Below are positions 45,535 through 60,214 of a stretch of DNA of 64,000 bases, one piece after another; the first letter of the stretch is position 1, and each line of letters begins with the position of its first letter. The stretch lies in NCBI RefSeq assembly GCF_009914755.1, contig NC_060945.1; one strand, given 5' to 3'. Both the position numbers and the translations under genes were made by a program. Source of the stretch: the human T2T-CHM13v2.0 reference genome, Homo sapiens. The notes below the pieces were generated by a model. It had not been told where the DNA came from and ran no database searches. It saw nothing but the letters and a program-made list of their open reading frames with translations.

Positions 45535-47679
45535 CAATACTTATACAAATGCATAATAAACAATGTGGTATAAAAGCTCTCCACAAGCCCACCATATTTG
45601 TCCTTGTTGTTTTTGAACTGCCCAGTGATAGGAGGTATTCCTTATAATTTTCCTTAGCAAATATTTATTCCTTGATCTAACTGATAGCCACTACAACCTC
45701 CATCACTCACTTATTCACCAAAAATTTGGTAAATAATACCAACTAAAGAAAAAATCAAATTTGTAAGTAATTAAAATAAGTTTTATTGGAAGTGTTACTG
45801 AGGACTGTAGACTGAAGTTTCTAGCCTGGCAACAGCCCTTTCAAGAGGTTCTTCCAGACTGTTCTGCCACAGTGTTTCAGCCTCCTGCATATATGCAGGT
45901 GGTGGAAGTTCAGTAAATGCAATATAATACAGAACTTGCTCAGTAAATGCAATATGATACAGAACTTGCTCAGTAAATGCAATATGATACAGAACTTGCT
46001 CTGAAGTTACAATATAGCAGAATCACAGCAAGGTTTGGGTCTGTTATAGATTACAGAGACATAACCACTCACCAAATCAGACATTATGTTATGTGTAGGA
46101 AAAGGCAAGGACTAGGGTTACTTATGTTATATGGAATATATTGATTAAGGCAAGAGATGCACGGAACTGTGTGTTGAATCCTGTTTTGTCTTCAAAGCAT
46201 ATTTTCAGAGAGCTGCACATTGTCTCAAATTCAGGAGATCTACAAAATTTTGTTCGCAAGCAGCAATAAGCAAATATGGCTTTTTACATTTCTTACTTTG
46301 TCTCACAAGTTTCTCCTTTTGCTCATGAATTAATCCCCCAGTTATATTTACAAAGCCAACATTGATTAGCTAGGAAGGATGTTTTCTAGGAAGGTTCATA
46401 GTCTTCAGTTGCGGATGTAAGGAAGGAGGACCAGGTGCATATTTGCCTATTCATTGGAAAACATGCATTGAATTACACATCCATTTTTATTAGAATGACC
46501 TTTTCTTCCCCCCGATGTTGTCATTTCTGCACCCAAAATGACACCTCAACAGGACTATTGCAACGATACTATAGATTATACATAGAAGTACATATTTAAT
46601 ATCATCAAAATTACATATTGGAAAAAATACATGATAACTGGAACATATATTTGTATTTTTTATTAGTTGTACTGTTTACCCCTTTTTATATCCATACTTA
46701 TGAGAGACTTCCCCATAAAAATAGATTTGGGCTAAAACAAATTGTAAATATTTTTAGAGAAAAATTCTAACCAAAACTCTGGATGACAAAACCTTACAAT
46801 AGCCACAGTTAAAATTTGATGAAAGTTTTCAATTGACAAGGAAATTGGTTATTTCTATCACATGCAGCATTTTAAGATAACCAGAATCATGACTGAGAGC
46901 ATCACATTAAGACCAACACATGTTTATGTTTTATAAAATTTTTAGAATATTTACATTAATAGCATATCTATATAACTATAATTTTAGAAACAGTTTAGCA
47001 TAGCCATTAAAATTATAATTAACATTTGATTTTTATGAATTTATATAATTTTGGGACATTTATATCAATAACATACCCATAAATCTAACTGAAAGACCTA
47101 GTATAATTTATTATTTGATAATATTTCTCATACAATTTACGAAGTTAGTCTAATCATTTAATCCAAAAAGACATACTTTAGAATTTTGATGCTGGGGAAA
47201 CCTTCAAAAGATGCCAAAAGGTTTAAAATGTTTGATCCAACACAATCACATGTCACAGTATAAAAAAAAAGTCAATTATTTAAACAGAGTCCAGAGTGGT
47301 AATCAAAATACTTCAAAAGCAATTGAGAAAGTTACATAGATGTAAAAGATGTGAAAACCTCAAGCCCTTTAAAGCTCAGTTTTCTAATTAATCAAAAACC
47401 TAATAAAGACAACAGAGGAAATTATTTTGATAAAACATGAAATCTTTGTTTTTAGGCCAGTTACCAAGAGGAAAAGAAAAACCTGAAGTGTAATTTTTCT
47501 ACTTTCTCGAAGCCCTTTTAGATAATCTACATATATCTATATAATCTATATAATATATATACTATATATAATCTATATAACATATATAATATAGAGATAG
47601 ATTATATATTATATATCGTATAATATATAGATGAATTAGATATATATAATTATATAGATTATATAGATTATATATATAA

Positions 47680-48473
47680 TAGCGCTGCTATTCATTGTAT
47701 ACAAGGCAGGGGGGCAGGGTAAGGAATATGAGTCATCTCCAATGAGCGACAGAGTCACACAAGTCACCGGGCCACCGGACAGGGGTCCTTCCCCTTTGAG
47801 GTGGCAAAGCTGGAGAGAGGCAGGACAGCTTACGTCACTATTTCTTCTATGCAGTTATCAGATAGATCAAAGACTTTAATACTTTCACTAACTCTGCTAC
47901 TGCTATCTAGAAGGCGGAGCCAGGTGTGCAGAGTGGAACACGAAAGTGGACCAGGAGCGTGACTGCTGAAGCACAGCATCACAGGGAGACGATTAAGCCT
48001 CCGATGGCTGCGGGCAGGCCTGACTGATGGCAGGCCTCCCACAAGAGGTGGTGGAGCAGAGAGTTCTCTAACTCCCCCGGGGAAAGGGAGATTACCTTTC
48101 CGGTCTGCTAAGCAACGGGTGCCTTCCCAGGCACTGGCATTACCGCTAGACCAAGGAGCCCTCTAGTGGTCCTTACCCGGGCGTAACAGAGGGCTCATAC
48201 TCTTGCCTTCTGGTCACTTCTCACTGTGTCCTTTCAGCTCCTAACTCTGTACGGCCTGGTTTTTCCTAGGTAATAATTATGGAACAGGTAATAAATGTAG
48301 AACAAAGATTAATATAATAAACAATTATGCTACAAACTAATGATTGGAGATATTCATATATAATCATATATATTCTATTTCTAGTATAACTATTCTCATT
48401 CTTATTATTTTCTTTATTATACTGGAACAGCTTGTGCCTTCAATCTCCTGCCTCGGCACCTGGGTGGCTTACA
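47680..48473 (-). mobile_element. LTR13-like (HERV-K group) LTR, 3' end lost
   Basis: The reverse complement starts aagccacccaggtgccgaggcaggaga..gcacaagctgttccagtataataaa and includes cctaggaaaaccaggcc and ctccttggtctagcggtaa. Confidence 0.85.
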
Positions 48474-49478
48474 TCTTATAAATAATGCATCTTCATATTC
48501 ATAATTTTCTTTACGTCTCTTTCTCCTACTTACTGAATTATTTCTGTTATTTAATAAACACCCCTTAAATAACCTCTGAATTAGACAAAAATATTATTTT
48601 CTCAATAAAGAACAAATTTTTATATCATGATTACAATTTTTTACACTAAAAACACATCAATTTGGGTACACATTATACATAGAATTACATATATTAATTA
48701 AAACATTTTAACTCTTAGTAACCTTAAATTTTAGTGAAAGCCTAAAAAGCAAGATATTGAATTATTTGTCATATATCAATGTTTTACAGACGAGAACCAT
48801 TTCATAATTTTTAAAAACACTTTTCCTTATAACATAACTTTTTCTAAATTGACGATGACTTGGACATTTATTATCTATTATTTAATTTATCATAACTTAA
48901 GATTTAAAATTCTATAAAAATTATATTTATAAGCATTTATTCCATTTACACTTCCCTACTTTATTTTAAACAATTTCCTTACATTAGTTATGAAAACTGT
49001 GATATTAGACAAACCTAGTCATCATTTCAAATTTTCCTTAACAGTTTTTATAACTGGTGAATATCAGGTGTTTACATACATGAGAAAATTAAAGTAAAAT
49101 ATATGGGTATTTTGCCAGTAACTCAGAAATACAACTGTTGTTTTTATTAAATCAACAATAATAAATTAGTCATGTTTATCAAAAATTACACTAACAAAAT
49201 TTATTTTGTTTGGGGCTGGGCTTATAGTTTTAGGTATTTTGCGCCAAATCCTGACACCTCAAAATATTTTGAGGTGTCAGACATATAAAACTGTCTGACC
49301 AGTAAACACAGTAAACACAGGCAAAAATGCATGCTGACAAGTTTGAAGACACTTCTATTTTATTTTACCAGTAATTTTATAACCAAATTACTTATTAGTA
49401 ATTTACTTAAGTCATGAGAACTAGGAAATATTTGCGCTTATTTATGAGTACTCATTTATGTAAGATACTCATTATGTA

Positions 49479-49821
49479 AGATACAGTTTGGCTGTGTTCC
49501 CACCCAAATCTCATCTTGAATTCTCATATGTTATAGGATGGGTTCAGTGGGAGGTAACTGAATCACGGGGACAGGTCTTTCCTGTGCTGTTCTCATGATA
49601 GTAAAAAAGTCTCATAAGATCTGATAGTTTTAAAAAGGGGAGTTGCCCCAAACAAGCTCTCTTCTCTTGTCTGCTGCCATGTAAGACGTGCCTTTAACCT
49701 TCCACCATCATTATGAGGCATTCCTAGCTCTGTGGAACTGTAAATCCATTAAACCTCTTTGTTGGTAAATTGCCCAGTCTCAGGTATGTTTTTATCAGCA
49801 GTGTGAAAATGGACTAATACA
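49479..49821 (+). mobile_element. THE1 (A/B-like) solo LTR
   Basis: gtttggctgtgttcccacccaaatctcatcttgaatt...cagtgtgaaaatggactaataca. TSD atgta. Confidence 0.92.
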
Positions 49822-51834
49822 ATGTATAAGTCAATTTGATACCATGTAAAAACAGCATGTAACACAAAATATGTACATGTATGTAAACATGTAAACACAT
49901 ATGCCCTCACACTCAAAGATCTAATAGTTTTCACTTTAGAGCTTCAGACATAAAATAGTAATATAAATTCATTTGTTTATAAATAACAGTTGGATCCAAA
50001 TTATGTCTGATAAAATTGAGAACTGTTCATGTGGCTAAACTCTTCTTGCTCATATGGAAAATTTATTGAATGCCATGAATCAAAATTTTGGCTAAAACTG
50101 TTCCTACAAAAATTTGATTTTTAAAACCCCTTTTACTTTTTTTATTCAATTTTAAATGAGCTTATGTTTAAATTTTTAATGTTTACATTGTAGCTAGAAC
50201 TGGCTGAATTGTATGAAAAACAAAAAATCTCCAAGGAGCCTTGAATTAGTGATACTGTAAACAATGAGTTTTAACTCAACACCATTAGAAACGTGAATAG
50301 ATCAAAGGAAGTGGGAAAACATAGCTAGACAGAGAACCTGGCTGACTCTACATATTAGCTCTATAGTTGCAGGTTGATCATTGGAGCTCTAAGTTTTTCT
50401 TGATGTAATTTGACCATCAATTTAAAATATGCGTAAGAACAGACCACAATATGTAGGCTTCTGGAAGCCGAGCCAACCCAGCATGTTTTAATGTTTAAGA
50501 ATTCAATTTTTTGTAAATTTAGTATTAAATCTCTTTTAGTTAAACCCTTCCATCTAGGGAGGTACTTGCAAGAATAGGCTGTGTGTGAGTTATACATGAA
50601 GCCTGCAGGAATGTTGACTAGAAATTAGTTTTTCGGTACCCCTATTATTTCAGTTTGGGATGATTTATTTCCCATGGTGAAATGTCAGCAAAGCGAGAAT
50701 ACTAGTGAGAAATGTAGCAGATCAAATGTCCTCTTTTGAGTGTTGCCAATGGCTATCACTCCCATTACATGTTTCAGCTCCTCCACCTGGTCGTCTAAAG
50801 CAATTATGGGGACTCAAAGCACTGAGTGACTGACCCTGACGTGTCTGTCCCTGGAAGAACCAATTCTTAATTACGTATGACAAGGAATTTTCTACAAGAC
50901 CACTACACATCATAAAGATTGTACCTCTGACACTTCCACAAGACCTCTGATCACCAGAAATGCCAAATCAGAATCTGGCTGAAAGGATTCTGAGTGTCTC
51001 TAGTCTGCAGAGTTAACACAGGTCAAACCCTCATAAATTATTAATAATTTCTGTCTTCCTGAGCCTTATTTACAGAGTCAAATCGAAAGGGAAAGCACCA
51101 ATACAGCCTAGCCAATCTTACAGCTTCTCACGTTTATTCCTTCCTACTATCTATCAACTAGGAGACTTTTCCTTCTTGAGAAAGAAAAAAATCTCGAGAA
51201 AGACCTTATCTCTTGTCAAGGAGTGAGAGCAACTAGCTGAATAAAACTCAAGTTTGTTAACTAAATGGGAATTCTGAGACTCAGGAGAGACACATCCAGT
51301 TGTCTGTAACTGGAGGAGCCAGAAGGAATTAAAGGGCAGGGACCAAGTGCTGGTACCAAGATGCCAGGTCCCTGCAATGTTTCCGACGACCCTGAATAGT
51401 CAGCTCTGAGTCCCTTTGTGGTTGTTATGACTGTTGATTAAACGAAAAAAATTACGCTTTTAAAGAATTAAAGTTAGTTTTATTCTGAAGTCTTACTCAG
51501 GACTATAGACTGAACCAGCCTCTAAAAGAGCAGCCATTTAGAAAGGTTCTATTAGTTCTAGCACAGTATTTTAGCCCTGTTTATGGACAGGTGGTAGAAA
51601 TTTTAAAAATTTTATTAGAATTGGTTAGGAAAAGTAAACAGATACTTTGTGCAAAACCACATTCAACTTTCTCAGACATTCCATTAAAGTAAATAACATC
51701 AAAGTTTTGGTGTAGGAGTAGGAGTAGATCTGGTTATCGATTACAGAAGCATAATCACTAACATCAACAGATGTTATCTCCTGTATAGGAAAAAGCAAAG
51801 ACTACATCATTTACTGTTCAAGAAATATAGTGAC

Positions 51835-52467
<633 letters not shown>

Positions 52468-54449
52468 AAGAAATATAGTGACTCAAGTAAGGGATGTGGG
52501 AGAGTATGTCTTCTATCCAGTTTTATCTTCAAAGTATCTTTTTGGAAAGCTGCACATTGTCAGAAAGTGAAGGATTGTGAAAGTATGTTAACAAGCACAA
52601 ATCAGCAAACGTGGCTTCTTACGTTTGCTACTCTGCCTCACAATAATTATCCTGCTTGGTTTTTATTAATCTTTCTTAAATGTGTATAGCTCACATTTAT
52701 TTTAATATTTAATTTTAGAAGTGTTTGGGGTCTTTATTTCAAAGGTTGGTAATTTTACTATTTTTTTTTTTTTTTGACAAGGCATATGCTGTAGGAATTT
52801 ACCTCTTGTTTTTATCAATTAGCCTATGGTAACATTTGTTTTCTCACACGTCATTTCACTTAAAAGTCAAAGTTTCCAAGAACCTATCAAAGACAGTAAA
52901 TGAGGACTTCCTGTATCTTGCCCATTTTCATTAGATTACAAGTTAATTTCAGGGCACGCAAGGAAAAAACACTATATTCTATTTACATATCTATTAATTG
53001 ATATTCTTTCTTTCAAATATGAATCAAAGTAACAGAATACATGCCTGAATTGAAAAGATTTCACAGATTTCAAAGTGTCTTTTTACTTTTCCTAACCAAT
53101 TCTTATAAATTACTAAAATAAAACTTTTTTGTGGAAGTAGAGAAATGATTTTAACTTGACTATGCCTTTTTATTCTCAGAGTGACTGGTTAAACTACAAG
53201 ATATGTTGTGGAAGTCGCCTAAATTCTACTAAGCATATGACAGCAATGGTCATAAATTGGTTTGGGATTTTTTTTATGAAAGTTTATAAAGAATACCACT
53301 TTTATTACCTACTATAATTGTTAAAAACTAGAAATTCACTCTGTTATTTGAATTGCAGGAGACGAATAAAAGCAAAATGAAAGTAAAACAATTAACTTTG
53401 TTAATTATTTATATCTATAATCACTCTAAATTATATATTTGATAACATCATGGCAACTTGCATGGAAGAATAGCTAAATCTTAATCCTTAATATTGGCTT
53501 ATTTGGTAAAAAGTAGCTTTTTAAATATTTCCCATAAGGATAATAGGATTATATTTATCAACTTTTAATTCTTTATAAATGACATTTTTGTGATGATTTC
53601 AGTTGTTTTAATTTACTTTGCAAATTGATAATCATTAAAACATTCATGCTTCTAAGTAGGAAAGTGTATTTTGATTAATTAAGGGCCAGTGCCTGAAGAA
53701 TATGTTTGCTGTCGATGCTGAGTTGCTCTGTATGAGCAGTTAATATCATAAGAAATGTAAGATAACATAACCATCATTTTATTGATGTTCAAGAACTGAC
53801 AAAAATATGCTAATAATTAAGAGTTGAAGAATTATGACCCAAATATTTCTGATGCTAACAGCATATGCTGTGATCTGTAAAGAAAAAAACAAACTTAGAT
53901 GACACAGTTTTGCGTGGTGTTTACTTTCTATTAAAATTCTTCCTCGGGGCTAATTTGCAATATTTTATTCCTGACTGGCTAAAGGTATAATTAATGATTT
54001 GCTGAATCATATTTTACATGTATAAATAGCACAAGCACCTGAACTATTCTACAATGAGCTACTTGGATGTTTTAATGTAGTTTTCTAGTTTCTTGGCCAT
54101 ATACCGCTGAAATTAAAGTGGATTTCTTTTGTTTACAAGTGTACAATAAAATAATAAAGAGATACATCCATGACTAGATCTCAAGATGCCAGAAAAAAGA
54201 ACTAAAACCTTCTGTTAAAAGACAATTAATTATATTTATCTTATAGTTATTGGCCATTTTATTTAGGTAAAAAGTATTACACACACATAGTTCTTTTTTC
54301 TTGCTTTACTCTTGCTTTGAGATAAAGCACAATATAGAGATTTGATATCAAATTTTATCTTTTAATAGAACAGATTTGTGTCACTAAAATGACAATTTTA
54401 ATGTAGTATCTGAAAGACTAGTATTTGTCGAAAACACTGTATTTAGCTC

Positions 54450-57400
54450 GATTTATGAGGAATGCCTGATGCTTTCAGCAGCTTTACCCAGCCTGAGATC
54501 CCAGTTACCCAACTTCTCCCAACCTGAGCTCCAAGTTAGTTGGGACAGAAACAGTCCTTCAGGCAGCTCCAGACCCTTTAGAACATTGTAAATACCGTCT
54601 GCTCTTCTCCCTCCAGTTCGGTTCAAGGGAGAGAAGTGACAATTGGGCCTACATGCCACCGTCTTCAGACCAAGACTAAGATAACCCAGAAATGGAGAGA
54701 AAGTGGGGGAAGAGGAAGCAAAAATGCCACAAAAGTTGAGTTTTCCTCGTTTGTTCATTTACTTGAAGCTGTAAACTTTTGACTGTTTTCCACTGCTTCT
54801 ATATAGTTATTTTATTCATTTGCAAGCTTTTAAAAAATATTTCTGTGGGGAACCAAAACTTGAGTTTCCTGTTTTGCCATCTTGCTAATTTTACAGGATG
54901 ATGTTACTTGTTAAGGATGTTTCTGTTTGTGTTCAGGAGATGTATGTAGATAAGAGAGATAAGGTCTCCAGTTTTTGATATTTTAAGAATTTTTTTCTTT
55001 TAATTGTTTACTAAATTTGGATAATGAGATAATGCTGGGCTCATAGAATGAGTTAGAAAGTACTTCTAATGCTTCTATTTTGGGGAAGAGAATATAGAGA
55101 ATTGGTATTACTTCTTTCTTAAATGCTTGGTTGAATTTATTAGTAAGTAACTTGTAATTAAGGATGTTCTTTTTGGAAGGTTACTAATTAGTTATTACAT
55201 TCCTTTATAGAAGAATACTACGCAGATTATCTATTTCTTTTTGTATAAGCTTTGGTGTTTTTTTGCCTTTCCAGCAATTTTAAAATTTCATCAGCTTTGT
55301 CAAACTGTGGACACAAAGTTATTTTTAATAGTCAATTGTGATTATATTTATGGTATCAACCGTAATGACCCCTTTTTCCATTTCTCATCTTGGTAATTTG
55401 TGTTTTTGTTCTTGTTTTTTTTTTCCTTTTGCCATGTTAGAGTTTGATCAATCTTTTAGATGTTTTTAATGAACAGTTTTTGGTTTAGTTTATTTTCTAT
55501 ATAATTTTCGTTTTTAAATTTGTTGATTGTATTAGTCTGTTATTATACTGCTACAGAAAAATAACTGAGGCTGGGTAATTTATGAAGAAATGAGGTTTAA
55601 TTGACTCACAGTTCCACATGCTGTACAGGATGTATGGTTGCTGAGGCCTCAGGAGACTTACAATCGTGGCAGAAGGTCACGTGGCATATCTTCACATGGT
55701 GGCAGGAGAGTTAGAGAAGGGGGAAGTGCTACACACTTTTAAAAATCAAATCTCATAAGAACTCACTCACTATCATGAGAACACCAGGAGGGAAATGCAC
55801 CCCCATGATCCCATCACCTCCCACCAGGTCCGTTTGCCAACATTGGGGATTATAATGTGACATGAGATTTGGGTGGAGACATAGAGCAAAACCATATCAT
55901 TGATGTGTCTTCTACTTTTTCTTATTTCTTTGTCTTGACTTGTTTAGGCTTAAATTGCTCTTCTTTATATGCTTTCTATGGTGGTGGCTTGGTTTATTGA
56001 TTTTAGTACTTTTTTTCTAATATTGCATTTACTGTTCTATACTCTAAGCACTGCTTGTGTTATATATTACACATTTTGATAATTATATTTTCATTTTGAG
56101 TTAGTTTAATACTTTTTTTCCCTCAAGACTTTCCATCTGACCTATGCATTACTTAGGTATGTGTTATTTAATATCTTAGTGCTCGTATATTTTTTGGGTA
56201 TGTTCTTCTTATTGACTACTAATTCAATTAAATTATTTTCAGAGAGCATATTTTAAATATAATTTCCATTATTTTATATTTGTTAGGGTTTGCTTTATGA
56301 ATTAAGATAGTCTGTATTGATGAATATCCATGCACACTTGAAAATATTTGTTCCTACTGTTGGTAGGTGGAATAAATGTCCATCACATAATTTTGCTTCT
56401 GGTATTCAGTTCTTCCACAATCTTGCTAATTTTTTCCAGTGAACTGACAGAGAGGTTTTGAAGCTTCAAAACATAACAGTAAGTTTGTGTACTTCTTTCA
56501 GTTCAATCAGCTTTTTCTTCATGTGTTTTACAGCCATTGTTTGGTGCATGCACATGTAATTTTTTTATACCTTCTTGATGAGTTGATATTTTTATTTTTA
56601 TATGATGTTCCTCTTTGCCTCTGGTAATTTTGTTTGGGTTTTTAATCTACATTGCCAGATATTAAAATAGCCACTCCAGATGTCTTTTGATTAGTTTTTT
56701 ATGACAATGTTTTTCATCTTTTTACCCTTAACCAACATACATAATTATATTTTATGTGAGTTCTGGTATACATAATATTTCTCCATCTTTTATTTAAGGA
56801 GTTTAGACTATATTTAATGTAATAATTAATTTATATTAACTTATGCTAACGTAGTGTATCATTATCGATAAGTATTTGTTCCTTCTGTTTTTGCTTCCTC
56901 CTTTTTGTCTTCCTATGGATTATATAAACATTTTTGATATTCTAATTTTGTTAATCTATAGTTTATTATATTGAAAATGACTCTGTATATTTTTCATTGA
57001 TAGCTCCAGGAAAAGCAATACACTTATAGAATACATTAGAATCTACTATTATCAACATTTTATCTCTTTGAGAGACATACAAATTCACCTCCAACCACAA
57101 TTGTTAGATAGCTGTCTTAAAACTGTCAGAAAATACTGTTCCATTAAATTTACACATTTCTGCAATTTGGCTTTTTGGCCAAAATAAACTGAGATGCTAA
57201 AGAAAGTTTCTGTTCTTTCACTCTGCTCAGGATGGTGTCACCTGTATCATTTCTACATAAATCTCAGACTTATAATTTCAGAGTTCTTATGTCATAAAAT
57301 AAATCCCCTTTGTACATGAAGTGTAACTCTCCAGCTCTCACCACATTGCCCCCAAGGAGAGAATAACTGTGTGTGATAAACTGATGTGATCATTTCTAAA

Positions 57401-58900
57401 ATAATCCTTCTGATCTTTTCTCTAGAAATCTCATAATTGAATTCAATATAATATCAAAATTATCAATATTAAAAATATTATTAAATGTTAACTCTAACAG
57501 ATATTGGCAACCATCTCAATGTTAAAATTTTTGCTTTTGACAGTCAAACACAATCTTAAAATCTAAATAAGAGAATAATAATGTATTATATTTACCCATA
57601 TGGTTACTCTTTCTGTTCTCTCTTCATTTATAATCCTCCAATATATATTTTAATATATTTTCCTTTAATATGTATATTTTTTCTTCCCTTAATATATATT
57701 TTTTATTTCCCTAGAACTCCCTTTAGCCAAGTTTCAGCATATGGGATTGTGGCAAATCTTTTTAGCTTTCGATCACAGGAGACTATCTTTAATCATAATT
57801 CCTGAATATTATTCTTTTTGGATATAGTATTTCATGTTGATAACACTTTATTTCAGTACTGAAAAATGTTATGTCAGTTCATTCTTGCTTCCATGGTTTC
57901 TAATGAGAAACGTGTTGTTTTTCAAGTTGTTTTTCTCCTATAAGTAGTTTTCTTTCACTAAGCCTGCATCAAGATGATTCTCTTGTTTTTAGAAAGAAGT
58001 TTGCCAGCAAAATATCTCTGCATGATTTTCTTTGTGTTTATCTTGTTTAGAATTGCTCAAGTTCTTACATCCATGTTTGTGTCTTTGCCAAAGTGGAGAA
58101 ATATTTAGCTTATTATCTTCAAACATTTTTCTTCAGTCACCCATTTGTTCTCTTCTTTTTCTAGAACTCTAATAAAACATATGTTTGATGTTCTACTAAT
58201 GTCTAACTCATAAAGCTTAGCTGCACAGTTTTAGTTTTGTCTGTTTTCCCTCTGTTGGTTAGATTAGATATTTTTTATTGATCTATGTTTGATTCACTGA
58301 GTCTTTCCTCTTTTATTTCCAGTTTGTTGCTGAGCCTCTCCAGTAAGTTTTACAAATTTATTATTATTATTTCTAGTTCTCAAATTATTCTTTGGTTTCT
58401 CTTTATATCTTTTTTGTACCTCAGATACTTCTGCTGAGATTTTCTTTTTTTTACCTGTTTCAAGAGTGTTTAAAAATGCTTTCTAGAACATGGTTATGCC
58501 AGCTGCTTCAGAATCCTTTTTCTCTGTCTTTCTATGTCTTTCATCTCTGTTCTTATTCAAATTACTATTATTTTAGTTTTTGTAGGAAAAAAATTTTTTT
58601 GCATATTTCTTGGATGTTTTGAGTATTAGGTTTTAAGTCTCAATTTCTTATTTAAATCCTCTCTTTCAGTATTGTCAACCTGTTAAGGAAGTTGTTCTTT
58701 ACATTTCAGTTAAGTTTATAAAACCTTGTGAGTCACTCAGATGACAAAGTTCCACCCTATAGTCTCTTCAGCCCTGGCTTGAAGTTGGCAGGAGCAGCCA
58801 CCTTGTTATTACATGGTAAGGAAGAGCAGGACAGGGTTTTCCTCACTGACTTAGTTTGAGTGTGGTGCCTTTGTCATTATTGTAGGAGGTTTTTAGTCAG
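54450..58900 (-). mobile_element. Old, fragmented L1M (5'UTR/ORF1/ORF2 pieces)
   Basis: T-rich antisense L1 motifs (aatgctgggctcatagaatgagttagaaagt, tctaagcactgctt, aatagccactccag, ttcttgcttccatggtttctaatgagaa). Boundaries are approximate and several pieces are likely. Confidence 0.7.
55528..55899 (-). mobile_element. MSTA-like solo LTR
   Basis: tgtattagtctgtt...gactcacagttccacatgctgtacagg...aaccatatca. TSD ttgat. Confidence 0.9.
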
Positions 58901-59386
58901 CGATTTTTGAATCTGTAAGATGATAGAAAAAACTCTATTATTTATTTCACTATATATATATTTTTTTCCACACATCCTTTTTTCTCTCCAATGCAAACTC
59001 CAGTTACATGTATAGTAGTGCTCTTGATATTTCCCTTTGGTCATTGAAACTCCGTTTACTTGTATCTATTTTTATCTTTTTTTCTGAGATTGGATAATTT
59101 CAATGAAAGCTTAAATAATAATTTCTTCCCAACTATCTAATGTTCCTAGAATGTGCTGAAATTTCTGTAAATAGATTTATGTTGATATCTAATATCTAGT
59201 TGAATTTTAAACAATTCAACTCATTCAAATGAATTCCTATAAAAGACTTTTTACTATAGGTGATTAATTGCATTCTCAAATTTTCTTGACTTTTATTTTA
59301 GCACTGCAGAAACAGAAAAGTGGCATGCCTGATCTCTGCCATGCGCCTAAGGTTAAACAATATAATTATACTTTAAAAAAATTACT

Positions 59387-60214
59387 TGAGGTCTTGGATA
59401 ATGTGCTATTTTATCTAGGCAGAATAGCAAGAGGAGTGTGAGATCTTGTGTGTAGTGATGCTGCACTGTTGTAAAGAATCATCTGTTGACTATGCAAGAC
59501 AAATATAATAATTTTAAACTTCATATATGCAACAGAATTAATTATATATAATTAAAAAACAATTTTTTAAATGTTAAGTAGTTGAATCTATATGCAAACA
59601 TAAGAGAATATTTACCTTACTCTGAGTTATAAAAATATTTTGAAATTTTGGGAAGCCTGTTGAATAATCACCAATGACAAACAGATTGAGAAGTAAAAAA
59701 CATTAACAAAGAGGTGGGTTCTGTTTTCCAGGTGAAACTTTTAGCTCCATGACAGACCAGCCTGTAGTTATCTGTGTGCACAGTTTACAGCTACAAAAAC
59801 CTACTTTGGTATTCATTACAGAAAAGTGCTGAGTTAATTGTAAGTGTTATTCCTTCAGCAAAATATTCACTGAGCTAAAACTCTTTGTGACATTTTACAA
59901 TGCATACAGCCTCATGCAAGTTTAGACAAGTGGATTTATACTATCTTATGAGTGCCCACTCCTGATATATTACCTCATTATGCAAAAATAACATATCTTT
60001 CATGACTATTTTGACAAAAGCTTAAAACACATATGAAGTTCAACTTTCAGGAACCAAGGACTGCCAGAAAATATTAGCCTCTACATTATGCATGCATTTA
60101 GAAGCTTACCTGAAATCTACCTTTTATACAGGAATAGTATGGGTAAGTGGAACTGTACATTTTTTAAACTTGATTGCCATTAAAGCAGAAATTTTAAGGC
60201 TGCAACAACAACAA
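59387..60214 (+). pseudogene. 3'UTR-only processed retrocopy, HNRNPA3-like
   Basis: 59721-60205 matches my recollection of the HNRNPA3 3'UTR (gtgccc.c.cctgatatattacctcattatgcaaaaataacatatc; ggaaccaaggactgccagaaaatattagcc). ATTAAA at 60179-60184 followed by an A-rich tail. TSD aaaaaaattact at 59375-59386 and 60215-60226 at a TT/AAAA L1 endonuclease site. Confidence 0.7.
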
